Under the pieces are notes generated by a model. That model searched no databases. It saw only the letters and a list, made by a program, of their open reading frames with translations, and was not told the origin of the DNA. From NCBI GenBank assembly GCA_963837165.1, contig CAWIMD010000002.1, positions 184,143 through 248,142 on the forward strand: a stretch of 64,000 nucleotides of DNA, in the 5' to 3' direction. Origin of the DNA: Vicinamibacteria bacterium. Its GTDB lineage: Bacteria; Acidobacteriota; Vicinamibacteria; Vicinamibacterales; JAENWD01. The position numbers and the translations under genes are program-made. The stretch's first letter is position 1. Each line of letters starts with the position of its first letter. This document shows, in pieces, positions 17,606-29,123 of this stretch.

Positions 17606-18836
17606 GTTAACACAAGTCCGGGCACATCGTTTACACCAGGAGGATGCCCTGGATGGAAACGCATGTGGTGAAGGAACGGCTCGCGTTCGTGCACGACCTG
17701 ACGAGTGGCCACTGGTCGATGACCGAGCTGTGCGAGCGGTACGGCGTGAGCCGTCCGACGGGGTACAAGTGGATCGCGCGCCATGCGGCCGAGGGCGGCG
17801 CGGGCCTGGACGACCGAAGTCGTGCGCCGCAACGGTGCCCGCATCGCACCAGCGAGGCGCTGGAGGCGCTGATCGTCGCGGCCCGACGCGAGTACGGCTG
17901 GGGGGCGAAGAAGCTGTTGCGCGTGCTGCGGACGCGGCACCCGCACCGCCTGTGGCCGGCGCGCAGTACCGTCAATGCGATCCTCGAGCGGCACGCGCTA
18001 CTGCACAAGAATCGGCGCCGGCAGAAGTGGGCCCATCCTGGAGCGGTCGGTCTCTCGACGCAGCGGCCGAATCAGATCTGGCCCGCGGACTTCAAGGGCC
18101 AGTTCCTCCTGGGCGACGGCCAGTACTGCTATCCGCTGACGGTGACCGATCACTTCAGCCGCCGCGTGCTGGCCTGCCACGGGCTACGCTCCGTGAAGAC
18201 CCGCGAGGCGAAGCCGGTCTTCCGCGCGCTCTTCCGCGAGGTGGGCTTGCCGGATGCCATCCGCACCGACAACGGTGTGCCGTTCGCCTCGACCGGCATT
18301 CACGGCCTCGCGGCACTGAATGTCTGGTGGATGCAACTCGGCATCGTGCACCAGCGCATCACGCCCGCGAGTCCACAAGAGAACGGCACCCATGAGCGGA
18401 TGCATCGCGAGCTCAAGCGAGAGACGGCCCGTCCGGCGGCCGGCAGTCTCCGCGCGCAGCAGCGTCGATTCGATGCCTTCTGCCAGCGCTACAACAACGA
18501 ACGGCCGCACGAGGGGATCGGCGACCGCACGCCCAGTGCCCTCTGGTCCCCCTCGCTCCGCGAGTATCCCGAGCGTCCGACGCCGCCCGACTACCCGCTG
18601 CACATGGAGGTCCGACGGGTCAGCACCGCGGGCACCTTCCGCCTCCACTCGCGTCAGCCGTTTCTCAGCCACGCGCTCGGGGGCCACGACATCGGCCTCG
18701 AAGAAGTCGGCGATGGCATTTGGAACATCGTTTATTACAGTACGTTGCTCGGCAAGATTGACGTGCGCACGGGGAGCATTACTGGGATCTAGCGCGACAT
18801 GAAAGGTGTAAAGGATGCTGCCGGACTTTCGTTAAC
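17606..18836 (+). mobile_element. IS481-family insertion sequence (about 1.23 kb)
   Basis: Imperfect 32-bp terminal inverted repeats: gttaacacaagtccgggcacatcgtttacacc (17606-17637) versus the reverse complement of ggtgtaaaggatgctgccggactttcgttaac (18805-18836). They enclose the transposase ORF. No target-site duplication found. Confidence 0.75.
17644..18792 (+). CDS. IS481-family DDE transposase (HTH + integrase core)
   Basis: 382 aa. N-terminal HTH (MTELCERYGVSRPTGYKWIARH), then WPADFKG...TVTDHFSR...IRTDNGVPF...PQENGTHERMHRELK (DDE/rve core). Confidence 0.9.
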   Translation: MPWMETHVVKERLAFVHDLTSGHWSMTELCERYGVSRPTGYKWIARHAAEGGAGLDDRSRAPQRCPHRTSEALEALIVAARREYGWGAKKLLRVLRTRHPHRLWPARSTVNAILERHALLHKNRRRQKWAHPGAVGLSTQRPNQIWPADFKGQFLLGDGQYCYPLTVTDHFSRRVLACHGLRSVKTREAKPVFRALFREVGLPDAIRTDNGVPFASTGIHGLAALNVWWMQLGIVHQRITPASPQENGTHERMHRELKRETARPAAGSLRAQQRRFDAFCQRYNNERPHEGIGDRTPSALWSPSLREYPERPTPPDYPLHMEVRRVSTAGTFRLHSRQPFLSHALGGHDIGLEEVGDGIWNIVYYSTLLGKIDVRTGSITGI

Positions 18837-18849
18837 GATCAACCCGTCC

Positions 18850-20165
18850 GTTCAGGGGCTGAGCTGAGCGAATTCGCTTGTACTCGCGTCGGGCGTTCGG
18901 TACGCTGCGGGGGTGACGACGGGGCCCGCGCGCGCGCTGCTGCGACGACTGGGCCAGTTCCTCGATCAGTTCAGTGCGTGTTTCAATCGGCAGCCGCAGC
19001 GGGACGCGGCCACCCAGTACATCGACGGGCTCTTCGGCGACAGCGAGCGGAAGTCGATGCAGGCCATGCACGGGCGCCTGGGCGACGCGCGCGACTATCA
19101 AGCCCTGCAGCACTTCATCACGCACTCGCCGTGGGACGCCGCGCGCGTCTGGGCGCAGCTGCGCGCGAGCGTGCCGATCCGGACCGGCATCCTGGCCCTC
19201 GACGACACCGGGTTCCCCAAGCAGGGCACGCAGTCGCCGGGCGTGCAGCGGCAATACTGCGGCGCGCTCGGTAAGATCGGCAACTGCCAGGTGGCGGTGA
19301 CGAGTGCGTTGATTGACCGACGGGCGCACGTGGCCGTTGGCCTTCGAGCTCTATCTCCCCACGTCGTGGACGGACGACCCGGCGCGATGCGCGGCCGCCG
19401 GCATCCCGCCGACCGTGCGGTTCCGCGAGAAATGGCGCATCGCCCTGGCGCAGATTCGGACCGTCCTGCAGGCCGGGTTCACGATCACCGGCGTCGTCGT
19501 CGATGCAGACTACGGCGCGAACGCGGCGTTCCGCGCGGGGGTGGAACGCCTCGGTCTCGCCTACGGCGTCGCGATTCGGGGCGAGGCGGTGTTCACCGTG
19601 CCGGGCGTGGCCGGGCCGCTCTCCGCGATCGCCCTCGCCGAGTCGGCCCCCGACGACGCCTGGGAGATCGTGACCTGGGGCACGGGCACCGCGGGTCCGC
19701 TTACCGCCCAGTTCTGTGCGCTGCGGGTGCGTCCCACGGAAGAACGGGGCGATCGCTGGCTGCTGTGCGAGCGCTCCGCGAGCGACGAGCGGAAGTACTA
19801 CCTCGTGCACCTCGCTGCGACGAGTCCGCTCGTCGATCTGGTCGCCCTCGCGCGCAGTCGCTGGCCGATCGAACAGCAGTATCGCGAGCTCAAGGACGAC
19901 CTCGGACTCGATCATTTCGAAGGGCGCACCTATCAGGGCTGGACGCATCACGTCGTGCTCACGGCCGTGGCGTTCGCCTTCCTGCAGATCGAACGAGCAC
20001 GCCCCGACGACGGCCCGCGACCCACGCTGCCGATCGTTCGCGGTTGGGTCCGCGAGATCATGGGCCTGCTCTACGTGCTGCACAATCGGCGACTGCTCGC
20101 CATGCTCGACAGCTTCCGCCGAAACGCACCGCTGCGAAGGTGACAATGTAGTGTTAGCCCGCCTC
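18850..20165 (+). mobile_element. IS701-like insertion sequence, ends not defined
   Basis: Contains the split transposase below. Begins within about 15-75 nt of the IS481 right end. I could not identify convincing terminal inverted repeats, so the coordinates are approximate. Confidence 0.45.
18913..20143 (+). pseudogene. IS701-family (DDE_5/IS4-like) transposase interrupted by a 1-nt frameshift near 19317
   Basis: Frame A (18913-) reads ...LDDTGFPKQGTQSPGVQRQYCGALGKIGNCQVAVTSALID. The homologous continuation (TDGRTWPLAFELYLPTSW...VVVDADYG...RWPIEQQYRELKDDLGLDHFEGR) is in track ORF 19313..20143. The junction is att gac C gac ggg. Confidence 0.7.
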
Positions 20166-20169
20166 TAGT

Positions 20170-20577
20170 CTAGTCGATGACCATGCCGTAGATGGTCGGC
20201 TTGGAGATGGTCTTGATGACGTCGCCAGGCAGGCCCTCAACTTGAACCCTCGTCTCAGTCATGCTCAGGTCACGCGCCATCGATTGCGGCGTTGGCTCGA
20301 ATTCGACGACGACGTGAAAGTAGAGACAATCCCGGTAGGCGAAGTTCCTTCCCGTCTGGAGCCCACCCTCCGGTGTGAATACCTTCAGCAGATCGGCACG
20401 CGTCATGCCGGGCTTGATGCCCTCCATCCGCTTCATGCTCTGGATCACCCAACTGACGTGGCCCCGCAACGCGGCGTCCGCAGATGGTTGCTGGCCGACC
20501 GGCACGGAGGACGACGTGGTTCCTGAGGCCATGACAGCTAATGCAGAAGCGAGCAGGAGTTGTCGCACCATCGACAC
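20170..20577 (-). CDS. Exported hypothetical protein (island edge)
   Basis: 135-aa ORF with the signal-like N-terminus MSMVRQLLLASALAVMASG. Lower GC. No family recognised. Confidence 0.45.
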   Translation of the reverse strand: MSMVRQLLLASALAVMASGTTSSSVPVGQQPSADAALRGHVSWVIQSMKRMEGIKPGMTRADLLKVFTPEGGLQTGRNFAYRDCLYFHVVVEFEPTPQSMARDLSMTETRVQVEGLPGDVIKTISKPTIYGMVID

Positions 20578-20909
20578 ACCTCTGATCTTGTCGGCCTAAC
20601 TACTGATTGGGCTGACCAGCTTTCTCCTTCGCCGCCTGCAAACTGGTCGGCATATTTCAGTCGCGGGCGGCGGGTCAGTCTGGCCATTCAGTGGGTGACC
20701 GGCTGCATCCTAGCACCCGTTGATACGCGCCACCACTGATCGGCTGCGTGCCGTGGTTACCTGACCAGGGTTCCACCGCACCGGCCAGTGCCCCCGAAGA
20801 CGCTCCCCGCCGGGGCTCGGGGCGTCCGGCGGGCGGGCGCTTCGACTCGCGCGCGTGCGGAACGTGAAGCAGGCCGTCGTCACTGCACGGCCCTCGCGGA
20901 CGCCACGCT

Positions 20910-23363
20910 TCAGCTGGTCCGAAGGGCGGTCAACGGCTCGACGGCAAGCGCACGCTGCACGGGCGCGATGCACGCGAGCACCGTGACCAGGAGCAGGGCG
21001 GCAGCCACGCCGAGGAAGGTGAGTGGGTCCATGGCTCCCACGCCGAACAGTTGGCTGGCGAGCCACCGCGTCGCCAGCAGGCTGCCGCCCCAGCCGAGAA
21101 GGATCCCGAGGGCAGCGCTGCGGGCGACCTTCCCGAGGACGAGCGCCCGGATCCTGTGTCGCGTCGCCCCGAGCGCCACCCGCAGCCCGATCTCGCGCGT
21201 GCTCTGGCTGACTGTATACGCCATCACGCCGTAGATGCCCACCGCGGCCAACAGGAGGGCCAGCAGGGCGAAGCCGCTCAGGAATCCGGTCGAGAACCTG
21301 CGGCGGGCGAGTGATTCGGACGCCCACGGCCCCAGTGCACGTGCAGCCGTGACAGGCAGGTCCTTGTCCAGGGCGAGCAGCGCTCGCCTGGCCCGATCGC
21401 CCACCGCCGCGGGGTCGCCGTCGGTTCGAACGACGAACGTCATGCCCGCCAGTTCCGTCCAGGGCGCAAACGGGAATTGCGTCACCGGGAGAAACACCTC
21501 CGGACGCGACTCGGCATCGACGCCGTTCTGTTTCATGTCGGCGACGACGCCCACGATCTCGCGGTATGGCTGCTGACCCTGCGGTCCGCCCTCTCGCACC
21601 TGTCTTCCAACGGCGCTTCCTCCCGGCCACTGCCGTGCCGCAAACGTCCGGTTGACAATGGCAACCGGCCGCGTGCGTCGAGTATCTGCGTCGGAAAAAT
21701 ACCGCCCCGCCAGCAGAGGCGTGCGCATCGCTTCCAGATACCCCGGGGCGACGATGTTGGAGGCCGCCGTCGGGATATCGACAACGGAACTGACCGCGTG
21801 ATCGGCCATGGTGAATGCCGTGTCCACGCACACGCCCGTGAGCGGGGGGCATTGCACAGCGCCGGCCGCCCCTACGCCTGGAATGGCCTTCAGGCGCTCG
21901 ACGGCCTGCGTCAGCAGCAGCACCCTGCGTTCGGGATCCACGTACTTCGTCGGCGGTATCGTCAGTTCCAGTGAGAGCAGGTTGGCGGTCTCGAATCCCG
22001 GGTTGACCTGCGTTGCGCGCGCCAGGCTTCGCACGAGCAGCCCGGCACTGGTCAACAGCACGAGCGCGATCGCGATCTCGCTCGTCAGCAATGCAGATCG
22101 CAGGGTCTGCCCGCCCCGGGTGATTCCACCGCTCCGGCCGCCCCGGTTGACCGAGGCGCTCAGATTCCCGCAGGCGAACTGGATCGCAGGAGCGCTGCCG
22201 AACAGCAGCCCGCTTGCCACCGACACTGCCAGCGCAAATCCGAGGACGGTCGCATCCACCGGGACCGCTGCGACCGGGATGAGCGGCGCAGGCGCCGCTC
22301 GCAGCAGCACGGGGAGCGCGGCCAGCGCCAGCGCCACGCCGATCGCGCCGCCCGTCACCGACAGCATCGCGCTCTCGATGATCAACTGCTGCGCCAGTCG
22401 ACGACGGCCGACGCCCAACGCGATCCGGACGGCCATTTCCTGCTCGCGCGAGACGGATCGCGACAGCAGCAGGTTGCCGACGTTCACGCAGGCGATCAGG
22501 AGCACGCACGCGACCGACGCGAGCAGGATGAGGAGCACGTCTCGCGTGCTCCCGAATTTGAATTGATAGAGCCCGGTGATCGTCGCCGTTAGCCCCGTGT
22601 TCGACTGAGGATACTCCCTCTCGAGACGCCGCATGATGACGTCCATTGCCGTGCGCGCGGCCTCGCGGGGAACACCGCGCCTCAGGCGGGCGATCACCAG
22701 CATGTCCGGATGATTGCCACGCCTCAGCCACTCCGGGTCCGCGCCGTGCAGGCCGATCGGCAGGTAGATGTCGATGCGCTTATCGAAGAAGCGGAACGTC
22801 GGTGGCAGCACCCCGACGACGGTGTAGGCAGTCCCGTTCAGGGCCAGGGATCGTCCGATCACCTCCGAGCGCCCGCCCAGTCGCGTCGTCCACAGATCGT
22901 GACTGACGACCACGGCCAGCGGACCGCCCGGACGGTCGTTCCATTCATCGAACGCACGACCGACCACCGGATCGGCGCCAAGCAGGGGGAAGAACGCCGA
23001 GGAGACCTCCGCGGCCCTGACGACGGACGCCTCGTCGTCACCGCGGAACGTGACGTCGGCCACCCGGTAGGCAGCCATCTGCTCGAACACACGATTCTGC
23101 TCGCGCCAGTCTCGATAGTCCATCCAGGACACCGTCCGGCTGCCGTGTTCGCGCCTGGACTCGTCGAGCACCACGAGCCGGTCCGGATCCGGGAAGGGGA
23201 GTGGTTTCAGGAGGACGGCATTGACGAGACTGAACGTCGCGGTGTTCGCGCCGATGCCGAGTGCCAGCGTCAGGAGCGCGACCGCCGAGAATCCAGGATC
23301 CCGGAGGAACAGCCGCACACCGTATCGCATGTCCTGACACAGCGTCTCGAGCAGGCGTGCCAT
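20910..23363 (-). CDS. ADOP-family duplicated FtsX/MacB-type ABC permease
   Basis: Track ORF 20910..23393, start ATG 23363 (MARLLETLCQDMRYGVRLFLRDPGFSAVALLTLALGIGANTATFS). Two MacB-periplasmic + FtsX modules. C-terminus ...PVQRALAVEPLTALRTS. Confidence 0.85.
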   Translation of the reverse strand: MARLLETLCQDMRYGVRLFLRDPGFSAVALLTLALGIGANTATFSLVNAVLLKPLPFPDPDRLVVLDESRREHGSRTVSWMDYRDWREQNRVFEQMAAYRVADVTFRGDDEASVVRAAEVSSAFFPLLGADPVVGRAFDEWNDRPGGPLAVVVSHDLWTTRLGGRSEVIGRSLALNGTAYTVVGVLPPTFRFFDKRIDIYLPIGLHGADPEWLRRGNHPDMLVIARLRRGVPREAARTAMDVIMRRLEREYPQSNTGLTATITGLYQFKFGSTRDVLLILLASVACVLLIACVNVGNLLLSRSVSREQEMAVRIALGVGRRRLAQQLIIESAMLSVTGGAIGVALALAALPVLLRAAPAPLIPVAAVPVDATVLGFALAVSVASGLLFGSAPAIQFACGNLSASVNRGGRSGGITRGGQTLRSALLTSEIAIALVLLTSAGLLVRSLARATQVNPGFETANLLSLELTIPPTKYVDPERRVLLLTQAVERLKAIPGVGAAGAVQCPPLTGVCVDTAFTMADHAVSSVVDIPTAASNIVAPGYLEAMRTPLLAGRYFSDADTRRTRPVAIVNRTFAARQWPGGSAVGRQVREGGPQGQQPYREIVGVVADMKQNGVDAESRPEVFLPVTQFPFAPWTELAGMTFVVRTDGDPAAVGDRARRALLALDKDLPVTAARALGPWASESLARRRFSTGFLSGFALLALLLAAVGIYGVMAYTVSQSTREIGLRVALGATRHRIRALVLGKVARSAALGILLGWGGSLLATRWLASQLFGVGAMDPLTFLGVAAALLLVTVLACIAPVQRALAVEPLTALRTS

Positions 23364-23459
23364 CGTGACGCGATCATCGCGCGGACCCGCCATTGTCGCA
23401 AGGCATCCAGTGCGTCATAATATGGCTCTTTCGCGACACGCTCGAGCCGGGACCAGAGG

Positions 23460-24260
23460 ATGGGCACGATGCGACAGGTGAGCCGCGTCAGAGACCGTGA
23501 CCGCGATCCGGGGCCCGGCATCGCGATCGCCTCCTTCGCGCGCGATTACCCGGCCGATGCCCGAGTCGACGAGCACCTTCACGAATCCCATCAGCTGATG
23601 TTCGCCACCCGCGGCGTCATGGAGGTGTCGGCAGGGCGCAGCCACTGGCTCATTCCACCGCAATTTGCGATCTGGATGCCGGCAGGGACCCTGCATCGGA
23701 TACGCATGGCCAGCGCCGTGTCGATGAGGACGCTGTATCTCCGGCGCGGCATCGCGCGAGGGCTGCCGAGTACGTGCACGGTGATCCACGTCTCTCCGCT
23801 CTTGCGCGAGTTGATCGTCGAAGCCGTGAAGGCGGAAACGATCACCATGAAGGCACCCCGTCATGTCGCGCTGCGGGTGTTGATCCTCGCGGAGCTTGGA
23901 CAGGCGCGTTCGGTCCCGACGCTGGTCAGACTGCCTCAGGATCCTCGTGCGCTGCGCGTGGCTCAGGCCTTCCTTGCCAACCCGGCCACCCGCGTGCGTG
24001 TTGCCGAGCTGTGTCGGCCGTTCGGTGCGACCGGCCGCACCATCCAGCGGCTGTTCCTGAGAGAGACCGGCATGGACTTCGAGACGTGGCGGCGTCACGT
24101 CCGCCTGATGAAGGGCATCGAACTGCTCGCCGATGGCCACTCGGTGACGGCCGTCGCGTTCGCCCTTGGGTACCAGCAGCCCAACCCCTTCATCAAGCTC
24201 TTTCGCGACACGCTGGGGACGACGCCGCGATCGTGGATGTCGGCATTGAAGGGTGGGTAG
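23460..24260 (+). CDS. AraC-family transcriptional regulator (cupin + HTH)
   Basis: N-terminal cupin-like region (HLHESHQLMFATRGVMEV) and a C-terminal AraC HTH (GRTIQRLFLRETGMDFETWRRHVRLMKGIELL...ALGYQQPNPFIKLFR). Confidence 0.85.
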   Translation: MGTMRQVSRVRDRDRDPGPGIAIASFARDYPADARVDEHLHESHQLMFATRGVMEVSAGRSHWLIPPQFAIWMPAGTLHRIRMASAVSMRTLYLRRGIARGLPSTCTVIHVSPLLRELIVEAVKAETITMKAPRHVALRVLILAELGQARSVPTLVRLPQDPRALRVAQAFLANPATRVRVAELCRPFGATGRTIQRLFLRETGMDFETWRRHVRLMKGIELLADGHSVTAVAFALGYQQPNPFIKLFRDTLGTTPRSWMSALKGG

Positions 24261-24266
24261 ACCATG

Positions 24267-26001
<1,735 letters not shown>

Positions 26002-26005
<4 letters not shown>

Positions 26006-26370
26006 GGCGTGTGGCGGTGATTGGCGCGTCGAACGACCGGCGGAAGTTCGGCAACAAGGCCGTGCGGGCGTTTCGCGCGCAGGGCTACGACGTGCTGCCG
26101 GTCAACCCGCACGAGTCCGCGGTGGAAGGCGTGCCCGCCTTCCATTCGGTGCTGGACATCCCCGGCGCGGTGGACATGGCCACGATGTACGTGCCGCCCG
26201 AGATCGGCGCGCAGGTCGTGGAGGAGCTGGCGCAGAAGCAGGTAACCGAGGTGTGGTTCAATCCCGGCAGCGAATCGCCGGCCCTCGTCGAGCGCGCCCG
26301 GACGCTCGGTCTGCAGGTCATCGAGGCCTGCAGCATCATGGGGATTGGCGACGTGCCGGGACGCTACTGA
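26002..26370 (+). CDS. CoA-binding domain protein (YccU/YneT-like)
   Basis: Track ORF 25966..26370. VAVIGASNDRRKFGNKAVRAFRAQGYDVLPVNP. GTG 26002 is preferred as the start. Confidence 0.78.
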
Positions 26371-26382
26371 CGCAGCAGCTCG

Positions 26383-26411
26383 TTGACACCAGAAATTGCG
26401 AGGCCTATACT
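26383..26411 (+). promoter_or_regulatory. rho promoter TTGACA-17-TATACT
   Basis: ttgaca at 26383-26388, an exact 17-nt spacer, tatact at 26406-26411. It is followed by a C-rich leader of about 90 nt before ATG 26509. Confidence 0.5.
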
Positions 26412-26508
26412 CCAAGGACAGACCGTTGGTCTGATCCCCGGCACGGTTCGTTCTTGTCCCTCCGTTCCTCAGCCCCAGGCGGCGAGCTTCCCGCAACCCA
26501 GTAGAACC

Positions 26509-27882
<1,374 letters not shown>

Positions 27883-27887
27883 GAATA

Positions 27888-27943
27888 GACGATTGACGAT
27901 TGACGATTGACGATTGACGATTGACGATTGACGATTGACGATT
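27888..27943. repeat. Tandem heptamer array (GACGATT) x8
   Basis: Eight perfect units. Starts 6 nt after the rho stop. The last unit overlaps the TAA (27942-27944, minus strand) of the permease remnant. Confidence 0.95.
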
Positions 27944-28836
27944 ACTCGGTTCTGAGCGCCTCGGTCGGCTCGATCGCGGCGGCTCGCCGTGACCACTCCG
28001 AACAGCGCCTGCTCGAGCGCGCGCCCGGCCAGATAGGTGAGCACCAGGCCCAGGACGATCCCTGCCATCGTCAAGCGTGCCGCGGTCGAGCCCGTCAGCC
28101 TGAACACGTCCCACGTCGTCGCGCCGAGCGCGACGCGCACCCCGATCTCCCGCGTCCGCCGCGACGTCAGGAACGACATCAGGCTGTACAGGCCGACCGA
28201 CGAGAGCAGGCACGACACGATCGCGATGACGGCAAGCGTCCTGGCCGCGAAGCGCAGCCCCGCCGTCTTGTCCTCCACCACCATCCGCAGCGTCTTCACC
28301 TGGACCACCGGCTGATCGGGATCGAGCGCCTGCACGGCCGCGCGCAGGTTCGCCGTGAGCTGGGACGGATCCGCAATCGTGCGGACGAGGAACGCGACCC
28401 CAGTCTCCGATCCAGTCCTGCTTCACGTCTCCGACCACGCCGACCACGCTGAGCAGGGATCCGTCGGGCGCCAGGCGGAAGCGCTGGCCCAGCGGCGACC
28501 GGTCCGCCCAGACCTTCCGCGCCAGCGACTGGCTGATCACGGCGACCGGCGTTGTACCGGACCGATCGGACGCGGCGAGCATCCGGCCGGCGACGAGCGG
28601 AACCCTGATGAGGGTCAGCGCCGTGGGCGCGACGCGGCGATCCACCACGTCGATCGCGTTCGACTCGAGCGGCTGCAGGTGCTCGGGCCAGAAGTGCGAG
28701 TACGAGTAGTTCCCGCTGTCGGGCACGGCGGTCGTCGCCGCCACGTCGGCCACCGAGGGCAGTGCCTGCAGCCGCGTGAGGACCGACTCGAACTGGAGCC
28801 GCCGGGTGGCGTCGCCATACTTCGCCTCGGGCAGCA
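27942..28836 (-). pseudogene. Remnant of an ADOP/FtsX permease (C-terminal half only, at least 2 frame breaks)
   Basis: Homology is spread over three minus frames. MacB-periplasmic part: KYGDATRRLQFESVLTRLQALP...VVGVVGDVKQD (track ORF 27749..29020). FtsX part: VAFLVRTIADPSQL...SRRTREIGVRVALGAT...LFGV (track ORF 26002..28335). Canonical tail: RRAAAIEPTEALRTE-stop in the third frame. The last TM helix and the whole N-terminal half are missing. Confidence 0.6.
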
Positions 28837-28837
28837 A

Positions 28838-28972
28838 GGGATCTGGGGGATCTGGGGGATCTGGGGATCTGGGGATCTGGGGATCTGGGGATCTGGGGAT
28901 CTGGGGATCTGGGGATCTGGGGATCTGGGGATCTGGGGATCTGGGGATCCGGGGGATCTGGGGATCCGGGGG
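28838..28972. repeat. Tandem octamer array (GGGGATCT), about 16 units, with a few 9-nt variants
   Basis: gggatctgggggatctgggggatctggggatctggggatct... Directly abuts the 5' truncation point of the permease remnant. Confidence 0.95.
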
Positions 28973-29027
28973 TAATTGCCCAGCAAGTCGCCAATTTTGT
29001 GCAGGGTAAAAATTTAGCATTTTATGC

Positions 29028-29063
29028 TGGACACGGTGAATTGGTGCTGCTATGTTTTTAGCA
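29028..29063 (+). promoter_or_regulatory. Promoter/operator of HEAT gene 1: TGGACA-17-TATGTT with the palindrome TGCTAtgttttTAGCA
   Basis: tggaca at 29028-33, tatgtt at 29051-56, palindrome at 29048-29063. There is also a perfect AGCAT-TTT-ATGCT palindrome at 29016-29028. The architecture is the same as at 31290-31325. Confidence 0.5.
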
Positions 29064-29123
29064 CTGTGGCGGCAAGGCTCCCACTTCGAGGGCCGGGACG
29101 CGCTTCAGTCCAGGAGGAATGCC

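Noticed and set aside
17570-20165. TGTTAGC(G/C) words at about 17572 and about 20152 as possible direct repeats flanking the IS pair
   Set aside because: Only 7 identical nt, not positioned at the defined IS481 inverted-repeat end. This is compatible with chance, so it is not accepted as a target-site duplication.
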